A DNA stretch of 49,420 bases from an uncultured Victivallales bacterium (GCA_964542845.1 CAZIVM010000002.1:1-49420); one strand, 5' to 3'. Shown: positions 20,402 to 31,707, counted from the stretch's first letter. Numbers and translations are program-made. The notes: generated from the letters alone by a model not told the origin.

Positions 20402-23005
20402 TTATTTTTTAGGAGAACGTTTGCGCGTTTTCTTAGGTTTCTCAACGGCAATTTCTTCAATATGCGTTTTATTTTGTGGGAAGAACAAAATTTTGTTTTG
20501 ATCTAATTTCGCCACAACTTGATCCGCATTTCTGAAGTAACCGCGTAAAATTTCTTCGGCGAGTGGATCTTCAATCATTCGCTCGATTGTACGACGCAGT
20601 TGACGTGCCCCATATTCAATCTGGAAACCATTTTGAATGATGTAATCCATCACTGGATCCTCAATACATAATTCAAGACCATGCTCTTTTAAGCGTGATG
20701 CCACTTTGGCAATCTCAATAGAGACAATTTGTTTAATATCATCTTTTTCAAGTTTTCGGAAAACTACAATATCATCGAGTCGGTTAATAAATTCAGGCTT
20801 GAATTTACGTTTTGCAATATCCAAAAATTGAGAACGAAGTTGTTCATACGCTTGCTCCGTTGCATGAGAATCGGATTCTGTTCCAAAGCCTAACATCCCG
20901 TTACCTCCTTTAGCAATTTGTTCTGCGCCAATGTTGGAGGTGAGAATAATAATGGTGTTACGGAAATCAATTTTGCGTCCGAGAGAATCGGTAATACGCC
21001 CTTCTTCCAAAATTTGCAATAAAATGTGCATAATATCGGGATGAGCTTTCTCAATTTCGTCAAACAACACGACAGAATATGGACGACGTCTGACGCGTTC
21101 CGTGAGCTCGCCTCCTTCGCCGTAACCCACATAGCCCGGCGGAGACCCAACAAGGCGGGATACATTGAATTTTTCCATGTATTCCGACATATCAATCTGA
21201 ATCAATGCCTCAGGGTCACCAAACATAAATTCCGCCACTGCTTTGGCCAGTAATGTTTTCCCGACACCTGTCGAACCCAAGAAGATAAACGAACCAATAG
21301 GACGGCGTGGATCTTTAAGATCCGCACGCGCTCGACGAAGTGCTCGTGAAATGGTTTTGACCGCAATCGGTTGTCCAATCACAGTTTTATCAATCTCTTC
21401 TTCCATACGAAGGAGTCTTTCACTTTCGCCCTCTTGCATTTGTTGCACAGGGATCCCCGTGAGGTGAGAAATGACATCCGTAATATCGCGAACTTCAATT
21501 AAGGAGACACGTGCTTTGACTGCCTCTTCCCACTCTTTAATTAAATGAGAACGTTCGTTTTTTAACTTCTTAATTTCATCTCGGAAAGTTGCTGCAATTT
21601 CAAATTTTTGTTCAGCAATACACGCATCTTTTTCCGCTTTTGTTTTTTCAATTTGAGCATCAATTTGAGAGAAGTCTGGAGGCGGAACCGTATCACGAAT
21701 GCTCACGCGTGCGCCTGCTTCGTCAATTAAATCAATCGCTTTATCGGGAAGAAAACGCCCTGACATGTAGCGTTCGGAAAGGGTGACCGCCGCTTTGATG
21801 GCGGAGTCGGAATATTTCACTTGGTGATACTCTTCGTATTTGCATTTAACCCCTTGTAGGATAAGAATCGCATCCGCGGTGTTTGGCGGTTCGACAATGA
21901 CCGATTGGAATCGGCGCTCCAATGCGGCATCTTTTTCAATCCCTTTACGATATTCATCTAAGGTGGTTGCGCCAATACATTGGAGTTCCCCACGGGAGAG
22001 GGCGGGTTTAATGATATTGGCCGCATCCATGGCACCTTCTGCGCCACCTGCGCCTACAATGGTATGGAGTTCATCAATGAACAAAACAATTTCGTTGGAG
22101 TTTTTAACTTCGTCGATAACCGCTTTAATGCGTTCTTCAAATTGACCCCTAAATTTAGTGCCGGCGACCATGAGTGCCATGTCTAAGGAAAAAACGCGTT
22201 TGTTGCGAAGAATATTCGGAACAGTTTGATTCACAATCGCTTGTGCAATTCCCTCTACGATAGCGGTTTTCCCAACGCCCGCTTCCCCAATAAGGACAGG
22301 GTTGTTTTTGGTGCGTCGACACAATATTTGAATCACGCGTTCAATTTCAGAGGCGCGTCCAATCACGGGATCAAGTAAATTTTTTTCGGCAAGCTCTGTG
22401 AGATCGCGTCCGAATGCACGCAAGGCGTTATACTGCCCAGGGTTAAAACTTTGTTTATTGTCTTGGGGGGCATCTTCGCCATAGGTGGGCAAAATTCCAT
22501 TTTCATCGGAGGCATTTTTGTCGTCAGGCGGTGTAATGAACGATCCATCCAATGCGCGCGTGACCTCTTTATAGACCGCATCAGGGTCGAGACCCATCAA
22601 CTGCAATATTTGTGCGCCATGATTCTCTTTTTCGCGAAGAATTGCAAGCAATAAATGTTCTGTACCGATGAATTGATAGTGCATTTTTTCGGCTTCTTCG
22701 GTGGCAAGACGCAATATTGTTTGAAGTTTAGCAGTGACTTCGAGTCCGCCTTGAAGTTGGACATCTGTTCCTACGCCACAACGTTGTTCAACTTCTAAAC
22801 GAAGGTGCGATAAATTGACATTCATCTTTTTTAAGACCGCAACTGCAACCCCTTCATCCAATGCCAAAAGCCCTAACAATACATGTTCGGGGCCAATATA
22901 ACTGTGATTAAAACGGGTGGCCTCTTTTTGCGCGAGAAGCAAAACTTGACGCGCGCGCGGTGTAAGATTTTTGAGTTTATTAAAGAATTCGTTGGAATCC
23001 ATCAT
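20402..23005 (-). CDS. clpC: ATP-dependent Clp protease ATP-binding subunit ClpC
   Basis: Double Clp_N repeat; NBD1 GEAGVGKT; short UVR-type middle domain ([10 protein letters not shown]); NBD2 GSTGVGKT; LGF ClpP-docking loop. Confidence 0.93.
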   Translation of the reverse strand: MMDSNEFFNKLKNLTPRARQVLLLAQKEATRFNHSYIGPEHVLLGLLALDEGVAVAVLKKMNVNLSHLRLEVEQRCGVGTDVQLQGGLEVTAKLQTILRLATEEAEKMHYQFIGTEHLLLAILREKENHGAQILQLMGLDPDAVYKEVTRALDGSFITPPDDKNASDENGILPTYGEDAPQDNKQSFNPGQYNALRAFGRDLTELAEKNLLDPVIGRASEIERVIQILCRRTKNNPVLIGEAGVGKTAIVEGIAQAIVNQTVPNILRNKRVFSLDMALMVAGTKFRGQFEERIKAVIDEVKNSNEIVLFIDELHTIVGAGGAEGAMDAANIIKPALSRGELQCIGATTLDEYRKGIEKDAALERRFQSVIVEPPNTADAILILQGVKCKYEEYHQVKYSDSAIKAAVTLSERYMSGRFLPDKAIDLIDEAGARVSIRDTVPPPDFSQIDAQIEKTKAEKDACIAEQKFEIAATFRDEIKKLKNERSHLIKEWEEAVKARVSLIEVRDITDVISHLTGIPVQQMQEGESERLLRMEEEIDKTVIGQPIAVKTISRALRRARADLKDPRRPIGSFIFLGSTGVGKTLLAKAVAEFMFGDPEALIQIDMSEYMEKFNVSRLVGSPPGYVGYGEGGELTERVRRRPYSVVLFDEIEKAHPDIMHILLQILEEGRITDSLGRKIDFRNTIIILTSNIGAEQIAKGGNGMLGFGTESDSHATEQAYEQLRSQFLDIAKRKFKPEFINRLDDIVVFRKLEKDDIKQIVSIEIAKVASRLKEHGLELCIEDPVMDYIIQNGFQIEYGARQLRRTIERMIEDPLAEEILRGYFRNADQVVAKLDQNKILFFPQNKTHIEEIAVEKPKKTRKRSPKK

Positions 23006-23017
23006 GATAAGTTCTCC

Positions 23018-25969
23018 TTATTTAGGAAAGAGTTCGTCGATAGGAATTTCGGAGATGGGGCCCAATTGTGAGAGAAATTCCATATCGATTTGTTTTTTGT
23101 CGCCCACAATAAGTAACACTTTCGGACGACCATTTACGTGTGAATTATAAAAGTTTTCAACATCTTTTGGCGTAATCTTTTGTAATTCATCCCAACGGAT
23201 TTGATTGATGTTTTCGGGATAATTCATCTTTTGAATACGATCTTTTAAGCTTATCAAACTCCAATCACGGTAACGAGCGGTTGCCATCTCTTGAATCAAG
23301 GTATTTTGGGTGGCAATGATTCGAGAGTCGATACAAGGAAAGCCCATATCATCAATCGCTTTAATGGTTGCGGGGATTTTAGACGCTTGCGTTGAGAGGT
23401 AGATTAAGTAGTTAGAGTAATGATGGGGATAGGCTGGGGTTTGATAAGTTGAAAAACAGCTATAGCAAAGAGAGTTACTTTCACGGAGATATTGGAAAGT
23501 AATGGTTCCCATGCCTTGTCCGTAATAGGAATTAAAGATTGAGGCAACCATATCAAGTTTGGGGTCATAAATTTCCGCACGTTTTAAGAACATCATGTGC
23601 ACTTGACGTGAATTGGGGAAATCGACAAAGTAGACTGCGCGTGTGTCTGTTGGCGCAGGGGTATATTCGCGTGGTGTTGGTTTTTCAAGCGTGACCGTTG
23701 GTAAGAAGGGTTTGAAAAACTTTTCGCCAGCGAGCGCCCCTTTTTTGAAGGGGCCATAATAGCGCATTTCGGCGTGATACTGACGGAGCTTTTGAATTTT
23801 AGAGATGAGTATTTCAGGGGTAATTGTAGCGAGTTCTGCTGAATCAAGGGTGTAGAGATAGGCAGAATTGCGACCATAACGCACATAATTTGTTAACCCT
23901 CTAAAGAGAACGTCGGTGATGTTTTCTTTAACATTACGACGTGAAAGCAGGATGTTGTTTTTGAGATTTTCGAGTACTTTTGCATCGATGCGTGGAACCT
24001 CAAAATATTCGTTTGCAATTTCAAGGAGGGAATCACGAGTGTCGTAAAGTCCTGTGATTGTGACGGTTGTTTCGCGATCGCCAGTAGTGAAGCTGACGCT
24101 TCCTGCTAAGCGGTATAAATCAACTTTAAGTTGTTCAACGCTACGTTTTTGTGTTCCAGATGCGTTGAGATAACTCAAAGCAAGGCTCAAAACGGAGTCG
24201 GTATTATTCCCAACAGGATATTTAAACTGAAGGGTAAAGAAATCGTCGCGCGTATTTGGCACAGCTACAAAGTCGGGTAAAATATAGCGATTAGATTCAT
24301 CTTCTTTTTCCCCTACAGCGTCAAGAAAACGTGTTTTATTATAGAGTTCTTTTTTGAGATCGGGAAATTCGGGTTGAATTTTATCGACAGAGATTTTGTT
24401 CCATTCCGTTACAAATTTAGAGTTTCCTTTCTCTTCCATCGGAATGGGGGTGAGTGGGATTTTGGGCATTTTGGGTTTTTCGGTCATGGGACCACTTGTG
24501 CGGAAAAATACAAAACGTTTATCATTCAAGTAGGTGTTGGCGAACTTGATCACATCTGCTTTGGTGACTTTTCCGACACGTTCGGTGGCGTTAACCACAG
24601 ATCCCCACGATTCGTTATCGATAAACGCATCCATCATGCGATTGACGCGCCACTCGTTGTTGATGACAGATTGCGACTCAGAGAGTTTGGCATTACGATA
24701 AATCGTTTCGGGTAACCAGTCGGGGAAATTACCATTTTTTAATTTTTGAATTTCGGCATCTAAAAGAGGTTTAAGTGCGTAAACTGAATCGTTGAGTTTG
24801 GCTTGTGCAGAGACGTAAAAACAAGGGATCACGCCCATAGTGTATCCACCCCCTACTGCATTTAATGCTTTTTGGGGGAGGGTGATGTTTTGGTCAAGAA
24901 GACCTGCTGCTCCATTGTAAAGGATACGGCTTGTCACGTACATTACATCCATAAACTCAGGAGTGGGTTCAACATCAAGACGCCACATGATATTACACCC
25001 TTCGCGCCCTGGTAAAGATATTTCATGGATCGATTCTCTAACAACAGGGTGGGGGGCTGAAACTTTAACAGGTTCAATTTTATGACTTGGAAGTTTACCA
25101 AATGTTTGAGCCAATGATTTTAAAATATTTGCTGTATCCATGTCTCCCGACAAACAAATCGCCATGTTTTCAGGCACATAATACTGTTTGTAGAACTCCA
25201 TGACAGTGCGTGGGCTCGGATTGAGAAGGTGTTCTTGCTTTCCTAGAACAGGGGTTTCCAAGGGATGCCCTGCAAAGACGTTTTCCGACATAAAATAAAA
25301 GAAGCGACGATCGGGTTTGTCAATCGACATATTGAGTTCTTCGTATACCGTTTCGAGTTCGGTGTGAAATCCACGAAAAATAGGTTGTAAAAAGCGTTCA
25401 TGTTCTAAATGAATCCATTTTTCCATTTGATTTTTGGGAATCGTTGAGATGTAAACCGTGCGATCGTTACTTGTATATGCATTGACCGATTGCCCCCCAA
25501 GGAGTTCTAAGGCCGCAATAAACTCGTTGGGAATCGCGTATTTTGCCGCTTCAGAGGAGAGTTTATCAATCTCTTGGTAAATTTCGTTACGACGAACCGT
25601 ATCTTGTGTAGCAATGCGTTCATCATAAAGCGCTTCAATACGATCTAAAATAATTTTTTCTTTCTCAAAATCAACCGTTCCAATTTGAGTGCTCCCTTTG
25701 AAAAGGAGGTGTTCGAGATAATGCGCTAACCCCGTACGGTCGCGCGGATCGTTGGTTGCGCCTGCGTGAAAGACGATTTTAGTGACAACTACAGGTTCTT
25801 CTTTATTGACAGAGAGGTACACCATCGCGCCATTCTCAAGACGATAAACTTCAGTAGCCGTCGGATCGTTTGGAAGCGGTTTTTGAATACATTGAACTGA
25901 GTCGGGAACTTGCGCCCATACGCTCAAAGAAAGCGTCAAAACGGCGAACGATAATAAAAGTTTTTTCAT
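23018..25969 (-). CDS. Secreted M16 (insulinase/pitrilysin) family zinc peptidase
   Basis: Signal peptide (SVWA|Q); GLAHYLEHLLFKG inverted zinc motif HxxEH; NAYTS; ETVYEE; full four-domain length. Confidence 0.92.
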   Translation of the reverse strand: MKKLLLSFAVLTLSLSVWAQVPDSVQCIQKPLPNDPTATEVYRLENGAMVYLSVNKEEPVVVTKIVFHAGATNDPRDRTGLAHYLEHLLFKGSTQIGTVDFEKEKIILDRIEALYDERIATQDTVRRNEIYQEIDKLSSEAAKYAIPNEFIAALELLGGQSVNAYTSNDRTVYISTIPKNQMEKWIHLEHERFLQPIFRGFHTELETVYEELNMSIDKPDRRFFYFMSENVFAGHPLETPVLGKQEHLLNPSPRTVMEFYKQYYVPENMAICLSGDMDTANILKSLAQTFGKLPSHKIEPVKVSAPHPVVRESIHEISLPGREGCNIMWRLDVEPTPEFMDVMYVTSRILYNGAAGLLDQNITLPQKALNAVGGGYTMGVIPCFYVSAQAKLNDSVYALKPLLDAEIQKLKNGNFPDWLPETIYRNAKLSESQSVINNEWRVNRMMDAFIDNESWGSVVNATERVGKVTKADVIKFANTYLNDKRFVFFRTSGPMTEKPKMPKIPLTPIPMEEKGNSKFVTEWNKISVDKIQPEFPDLKKELYNKTRFLDAVGEKEDESNRYILPDFVAVPNTRDDFFTLQFKYPVGNNTDSVLSLALSYLNASGTQKRSVEQLKVDLYRLAGSVSFTTGDRETTVTITGLYDTRDSLLEIANEYFEVPRIDAKVLENLKNNILLSRRNVKENITDVLFRGLTNYVRYGRNSAYLYTLDSAELATITPEILISKIQKLRQYHAEMRYYGPFKKGALAGEKFFKPFLPTVTLEKPTPREYTPAPTDTRAVYFVDFPNSRQVHMMFLKRAEIYDPKLDMVASIFNSYYGQGMGTITFQYLRESNSLCYSCFSTYQTPAYPHHYSNYLIYLSTQASKIPATIKAIDDMGFPCIDSRIIATQNTLIQEMATARYRDWSLISLKDRIQKMNYPENINQIRWDELQKITPKDVENFYNSHVNGRPKVLLIVGDKKQIDMEFLSQLGPISEIPIDELFPK

Positions 25970-26005
25970 TTAAAACTCCTGAGTTTTGAGATTAATATTG
26001 ATAAA

Positions 26006-27367
26006 TTATTGTAATGACATCGCAGGAAGTGGACGTGACGACCATGTGGGATCATCGACATGGGTGGGCTTATAAAGGTAGTCGGAAGGGACATCGACCG
26101 CTTGTGCAGGATCAGCGGAACCCCAACGGCGACTGAATGGCCAAAAGATAAAAGCGGGGCGCCCTACAATATTTGCGCGCGGAACAAATCCCCAATAACG
26201 GCTATCGCTACTTGAACGAGAGTTATCACCCATCGCAAAGAAATGCCCTTCTGGGACCACGATTTCTGCACCATTGGCTAAATCACGCCAAGGGAGGTGT
26301 CCGTGATAACCCCCTTTGTTGCTATAAATTTTTTCGAAACGTGAATCAAGTTCATCTGCACAGACGAATTCTGCTGCGCCTTGAGGCTTAATTTCAAGAA
26401 TGTTGTTACGCACGCGCAAGGTGTCGCCAGGTAACCCGACTAAACGTTTAATGTAGTAGAACCCTTTTTGAACAAGGGGTTTTCCTTCTTCTTTGATGTT
26501 TTCGGTGTTGAAAACAATAATATCACCGCGTGAAAGACCTGTAAAATGGTGGGTAAAACGATTGACAAAAAGATTGTCTCCACTCACTAAATAACCCTCA
26601 GCTATTTTTTCACCTTTGCGCCATGGACCAAACTGCATCATGTTGCCTGTCGACTCCGATGCGCCCATATTCATGTATTGGGCGAGTTTTTCGGGTTCGC
26701 CAGGGAGTGAGAAAATCGACTTGTTGGCGATGTAGTCGGGGGTATGTTCTTCAAAATTATAAGGGACAAGTGAAAATTCTGTGGCGTTTTCCCCTAAGAT
26801 ATTTTTGAGCTTGTTCGGGAGGAATGGAAGACTTGCTAAACCTGCTTCGCTGAGGATAATTTGAGGCTTTGAGTCATCCATTGTGCAGTCGAACGGCGCT
26901 TCAAGGTTCGCAGGAACCGCACCATAGATGAGTGCATTTAAGAAGTTGCCTAAGGAATAAAATGTAGGCGATCCATCAGGTTGTTGTTGCGCAACATAAT
27001 GAATCCCAAAAAGAGAGGGTTGCATACTGCCTGTTGGAATTTTAAAGGGTTGGATAAACATTGCGCGCAATCCCATCGCAACCATGAAGGCGACAATTAA
27101 TACATCTAAAATATCACCAATAAAAGCCAAACTACGTGTTGGAATCGCGTGAGAAAGCGATTGGTTTAGACGGGTGATTTGCCCTTGATAAATCTCTTTC
27201 GTTACTGGGTAGTCAAAACATTGTTTGACCTCTTCTCCAATCGTCGCAAGCTCGGCTAGTCTCGCATCTGGAATGAGGTCTAAGTTAACATGAATTTGGT
27301 GTGTAAAGCTTTTGAGCCCATGACGAAGTTTTTTTTCGTAATTATTAAAGAACATATTGATTTCCAT
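26006..27367 (-). CDS. lepB: Signal peptidase I, long form
   Basis: FKIPTGSMQPSL (catalytic Ser), YIKRLVGLPGD (catalytic Lys), GDNSRSSSDSRYWG; one TM helix before box B. Confidence 0.93.
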   Translation of the reverse strand: MEINMFFNNYEKKLRHGLKSFTHQIHVNLDLIPDARLAELATIGEEVKQCFDYPVTKEIYQGQITRLNQSLSHAIPTRSLAFIGDILDVLIVAFMVAMGLRAMFIQPFKIPTGSMQPSLFGIHYVAQQQPDGSPTFYSLGNFLNALIYGAVPANLEAPFDCTMDDSKPQIILSEAGLASLPFLPNKLKNILGENATEFSLVPYNFEEHTPDYIANKSIFSLPGEPEKLAQYMNMGASESTGNMMQFGPWRKGEKIAEGYLVSGDNLFVNRFTHHFTGLSRGDIIVFNTENIKEEGKPLVQKGFYYIKRLVGLPGDTLRVRNNILEIKPQGAAEFVCADELDSRFEKIYSNKGGYHGHLPWRDLANGAEIVVPEGHFFAMGDNSRSSSDSRYWGFVPRANIVGRPAFIFWPFSRRWGSADPAQAVDVPSDYLYKPTHVDDPTWSSRPLPAMSLQ

Positions 27368-27516
27368 CGTAGAGTTAAGTTAATTTGTGTTTATATTATT
27401 ATTATAATATAATGCTGTTTTTTGAAAAAACAACTTGGTTTAATTTTATTTGATTCTTTTCTGTAAAGATACCACTCTACGCAAATTGAAAGTAAAACTA
27501 AAATCTACCATATTAA

Positions 27517-27543
27517 TATACGATTAAAGTTGAAATATGTTCC
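27517..27543 (-). promoter_or_regulatory. Putative ECF-sigma-type promoter upstream of lepB
   Basis: Minus strand GGAAC-N16-CGTATA, matching the general ECF AAC/CGT pattern, immediately after the ECF sigma stop codon. Confidence 0.45.
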
Positions 27544-27556
27544 TAAAAAAGCGTTT

Positions 27557-28168
27557 TTAGAGCTGAATACATTCATGTAGGAATTCACGACCGCGTGCTA
27601 AACGAGATTTAACAGTGCCGAGGTTGCACTCAAGATGTTCGGCAATCTCTTCATAGGTCATATCCTCCAAATGACGCAACGTCATCACTTCACGCATGGC
27701 ATCTGGCAGTTTTTGAAAACAGTCTTCGATATTTCGACGTGTCTCATCCATGCTAAACATGCGTTCAGGAGATAAGGCTTCGCTTGGGACTTGATAATCT
27801 TCTTTATGTTCAGAATCATCGGTAGCGAATCCTAAGTCGGAAATGCTCACGGTTTGCTGTCTGCCTCTGCGGCGTAACCATTGATATTTGTCACGTGCAG
27901 CATTGAGCACAATTTGACGAATCCATGTATAAAAGGTGCTGGTCGAACGAAAATTAGGAAGATGTTTAAAGGCTTTGACAAAGGAATCCTGCACCACTTC
28001 TTCGGCATCCTCAGCATTTGCAATGACGCCAAACGCAATTTGATAAAGACGTCGATAATAGCGTGAAACGAGTTCGTCAAAACGCGCCTCATTGCCATGA
28101 AGAATATCTTCGATAATTTCCAAATCTTGTTGTGCAAGTTCTTGTGATGCGGGGCGTGGGGTCTCCAT
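27557..28168 (-). CDS. ECF-family RNA polymerase sigma factor
   Basis: Region 2 (DAEEVVQDSFVKA...FYTWIRQI) and region 4 (MTYEEIAEHLECNLGTVKSRLARGR) only; GGAGG RBS. Confidence 0.93.
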   Translation of the reverse strand: METPRPASQELAQQDLEIIEDILHGNEARFDELVSRYYRRLYQIAFGVIANAEDAEEVVQDSFVKAFKHLPNFRSTSTFYTWIRQIVLNAARDKYQWLRRRGRQQTVSISDLGFATDDSEHKEDYQVPSEALSPERMFSMDETRRNIEDCFQKLPDAMREVMTLRHLEDMTYEEIAEHLECNLGTVKSRLARGREFLHECIQL

Positions 28169-28340
28169 GTTCCTCCATGTTTAACCATTTTTCGTTTAAT
28201 TTCTATTTATATAATATGGTACAAAACCTTGAAATTTCAACTCTTTTTCAATAAAAAAGGAGATTTTATTTGAAATTTTTCCTTTTGGAATTAACTTAAT
28301 GAACAAGAACATTCAAAAATATTCAATTTTAAGGTACAGT

Positions 28341-30401
28341 ATGAAAATAGAATCTCTTCCTCCCATCCTCCCTCAAATCGCGCGACGTAAAAAAATATGT
28401 GGTCGTGTTCATGTCGATGCGTACGCTTATCTTGAAGATATCGACAATCCACGCACGCAACGTTATATCCGCGCAGAAAACCGCTATGCGAAAACGATTT
28501 TAAAATCGTGCGCGACGACTTATAAACATTTAAAGTTTGAAATGCAACATCGCATCCCTCGCATGGATCAAACCGTCCCATCTCCCATTCGCGATTATAT
28601 CTATTATTCGCGAAGTTTTGCCCGTAAAGACTACCCTATTTATTATCGTAAAGCCCGTGAGGGTCGTGTTAAAGAAGAGATGATTTTAGATGTAAATTTA
28701 CTCGCTAAAGGGAAATCGTGTTGCATGGTGACAGGGCTTGCTGTATCGCCCGATGGCAATTATTTATGTTATGGAATTAACTTTACAGGCGGAATCGGGT
28801 ATCAAATCCGTGTACGCGATTTGCGAACACAAAAAGAGATTAGAGAAAAAATATCCCATACGGATGGCGATGGGATTTGGTCGGAGGATGGGGAATATCT
28901 TTTTTATGCGAAACGTGAACCGCGTACTCTTCGCACTTCAAAGGTGTTTCGACACAAAATGGGAACTCCTATTTCTGAAGATGTTTGTGTTTTTTCAGAA
29001 GAGGATTCCACTTTTGATTGTTCCGTATGGAAAACGAAGTCGGATCGTTTCATTGTGTTGAGTACGAGCAGTTCGACAACCACTGAACACTATTTTTTAG
29101 ATGCAACAGATCCCTTGGGAAATCCTTGGTGTATTGCGCCTCGCAAAGAAAATGTTGAATATTATCCTGAAGATTGTGGCGATAAACTGATGGTCTTGAC
29201 CAATGAAAATGCGGATGATTTTAAAATTGTTCAGCGTGATTTATATGAGAATACGAATCAAGAAGAAATTGTCCTGCATGTGAGCGGACGTTTGATTGAT
29301 GATTTTGAAGTCTTTAATGACGCTTTGGTCTATCTTATCCGTGAGAACGCAACGCATAAATTTGTGATTTATCCCCTTGAAAAAACAATTTCAGAAAGTG
29401 AAATCGTTTATGAGGGTGAGACTTTAGCTTTTGAAGATAACCCAAACATAGATGCCTCTTTCTTCCGTTTCCAACGCACCTCTATGACACAACCCGATGC
29501 AGTTCTTTCTTATCATTTTAAAACACAAAAAATCGAAGTTTTAAAAGAAAATATAGTGAAAGATTATCAACCCAATTTGTATACTTCAAAAATGATTTTT
29601 GCCCCGTCGCGTGATGGCAAAACGCGTATTCCTATCACTCTCGCATGGCGAAACGATTTGCATCAAGAACGGACGCCTTCTCCTATTTATTTACGAGCGT
29701 ATGGGGCGTATGGAATCTCTTCAGATCCCGCGTTTCGTATTTCGCGTGTGTCGCTTTTAGATCGAGGGTTTATTACTGCGATTGCACATGTCCGTGGTGG
29801 CGAAGAGATGGGGCGTAATTGGTATAATGAAGGCAAAATGTTGCATAAGAAAAATTCGTTTTATGATTTTATCGACTGCGCACAATTTTTGATTCAAGAA
29901 CAATACACTACCCCCTCTCAGTTTGCTATTGGGGGCGGAAGTGCGGGCGGACTCCTCATGGGAGGCGTATTAAATATGGCGCCTGAACTTTTCCGTTTTG
30001 CGGTTTTAGATGTCCCTTTTTTAGACGTCATTAATACTATGACCAACCCTAATCAACCTTTGACAACAGGGGAATACAACGAATGGGGAAATCCGAAGGA
30101 TCATCTTTTTTATGAATATATTTTAGACTATTCGCCGTATGACAACGTCGCGAAACGTCCCTATCCTATGATGTATATCACAGGAAATCTTAACGATGAT
30201 CAAGTGCCTTATTGGGAGCCATTAAAATTTACAGCCAAAGTTCGCGCAATGAACCCCGAGGGGGATTTAGTTTTAATGCGAACCGATACTGAAAGTGGTC
30301 ACATGGGGCCTACGGGGCGCAAAGCGGAAATCTCCGAAATCGCCCACGAACTCGCCTTGATGGTTGAAGTTTGTGCCCCTAGGACGACTGAGCCAGTTTA
30401 A
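28341..30401 (+). CDS. ptrB: Oligopeptidase B (S9A prolyl oligopeptidase family)
   Basis: Beta-propeller N-domain; YGAYG, AHVRGGEEMG, GGSAGG (Ser), EYNEWGNP, NDDQV (Asp) and SGH (His). Start placed at ATG 28341. Confidence 0.9.
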   Translation: MKIESLPPILPQIARRKKICGRVHVDAYAYLEDIDNPRTQRYIRAENRYAKTILKSCATTYKHLKFEMQHRIPRMDQTVPSPIRDYIYYSRSFARKDYPIYYRKAREGRVKEEMILDVNLLAKGKSCCMVTGLAVSPDGNYLCYGINFTGGIGYQIRVRDLRTQKEIREKISHTDGDGIWSEDGEYLFYAKREPRTLRTSKVFRHKMGTPISEDVCVFSEEDSTFDCSVWKTKSDRFIVLSTSSSTTTEHYFLDATDPLGNPWCIAPRKENVEYYPEDCGDKLMVLTNENADDFKIVQRDLYENTNQEEIVLHVSGRLIDDFEVFNDALVYLIRENATHKFVIYPLEKTISESEIVYEGETLAFEDNPNIDASFFRFQRTSMTQPDAVLSYHFKTQKIEVLKENIVKDYQPNLYTSKMIFAPSRDGKTRIPITLAWRNDLHQERTPSPIYLRAYGAYGISSDPAFRISRVSLLDRGFITAIAHVRGGEEMGRNWYNEGKMLHKKNSFYDFIDCAQFLIQEQYTTPSQFAIGGGSAGGLLMGGVLNMAPELFRFAVLDVPFLDVINTMTNPNQPLTTGEYNEWGNPKDHLFYEYILDYSPYDNVAKRPYPMMYITGNLNDDQVPYWEPLKFTAKVRAMNPEGDLVLMRTDTESGHMGPTGRKAEISEIAHELALMVEVCAPRTTEPV

Positions 30402-31605
30402 CGCCAAAGTAACTTTCTGCCCACTGTACATCAATGGCTTTGCCGGTGGCGTTAGCGACTTGTACGCAAAGTTCGGCTTTAGTTTTTAAGTCTTCTGCAG
30501 GCGCATAGTCAATCCAAAATGTAATGTCATGTTCTTGCGCATCAAGATTATAGCAATATTTAAGATAGGGGTTAATCCACTGTTCTTGGATAACATTGAT
30601 TAAGTATGACGCATCTGAGGCGATAAGATCCTGACGAACTTTGCCTTGCACATTGCCATTTGACATCCCTGTGGCGGTGTCGCTACTGGCGCGCTGTCCA
30701 AGAATTAACATCGTGATAAGTTCATCAATATAGCGACAAAATAATTCATGGTGAGTCCCGCCATTATTGGCTTGAATAATTTGAAGATTCGATTCTTCGC
30801 CAATGGTGGCTGCTACGCCATCTTTCGACATCTTTGAAAGGGCGTTTAATAACGGACGCAACTCTTCTCGCGGCGTCCCTGAGGGAAGACGCCCCATTAA
30901 AAGAGGTATCCCAAATTTTTCGATAAATCGATTCCATCCTTGAATTCCGCTTTGTTTGAGTAAAAATAAATGCAAGAGTGGTCTTGCTAAACCGTTGAGT
31001 GCAGGGATGTTGTGAGGGGTTTTATGGGTAAGAATAACCAATTGGTTTTCGGGGAATTCATCACGTTTGTGAGGCACACCAGAGAGATCATAAAGTGCAG
31101 GATTTCCCGCTTCATCAAATTCAAAACATGCGGGCTGAATCGGTAAAAAACCGCGGATATAATCACCGACTTCATTCCAATCGGTCACGACGCCACTATA
31201 TCCCCATAAAATATGATACGATAAGTGTTGAATGAGTTCTTGAATATTGGCTTGTTGAAGCATTCGCGTGCATATTTCGGCAATTTCGGGGAATTTTTGG
31301 CTATTTACGCTCCAATTTTTCCCCGTGATGGCGAGTCGACGTGTCTGTAAATGCGCATGGATGACGGCATCGTGTTCAATCATTTGTTTCACTAATCCCA
31401 CTTGATCGCTCACTTGCCCCGATTCTGCAAGCGTCAAGGCACTGTAAACTCGTGCGGTGTTGAGTGGCGCGTGCGATAATGTTTCTGTACTTTGCGTGAC
31501 ACTCTCCCAATGTTGTGCTTTTTGAGGAGATTGAGCTGGGGGTGTTGAACTCGCAAAACGGTTGCGCCACTGAAATAAATTACGAAACGAAAAAGAATTG
31601 GCCAT
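30379..31605 (-). CDS. Phage Mu gp29-like (DUF935) portal protein
   Basis: AESGQ...MIEHDAVIHAHLQTRRLAI, GYS, GLARPL, WNRFIEKFGIP.LMG, ILGQ, VRQDLIASDA and EDLK match the DUF935 pattern. Start placed at 31605 with a GAGGAG RBS. Confidence 0.8.
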   Translation of the reverse strand: MANSFSFRNLFQWRNRFASSTPPAQSPQKAQHWESVTQSTETLSHAPLNTARVYSALTLAESGQVSDQVGLVKQMIEHDAVIHAHLQTRRLAITGKNWSVNSQKFPEIAEICTRMLQQANIQELIQHLSYHILWGYSGVVTDWNEVGDYIRGFLPIQPACFEFDEAGNPALYDLSGVPHKRDEFPENQLVILTHKTPHNIPALNGLARPLLHLFLLKQSGIQGWNRFIEKFGIPLLMGRLPSGTPREELRPLLNALSKMSKDGVAATIGEESNLQIIQANNGGTHHELFCRYIDELITMLILGQRASSDTATGMSNGNVQGKVRQDLIASDASYLINVIQEQWINPYLKYCYNLDAQEHDITFWIDYAPAEDLKTKAELCVQVANATGKAIDVQWAESYFGVKLAQSS

Positions 31606-31707
31606 AAATGGAGACTCCTCTACTTGGATAAAGTTGATGCGATACGATCGGTATCTCAACTCAATTTTAAGAGGTACCCATCTCCTAAAATCATTTGTCA
31701 ACCAAAA

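Noticed and set aside
21549-21562. AACGTTCGTT copy resembling the invertible-repeat core
   Set aside because: Lies inside the clpC coding sequence and I saw no inverted partner nearby.
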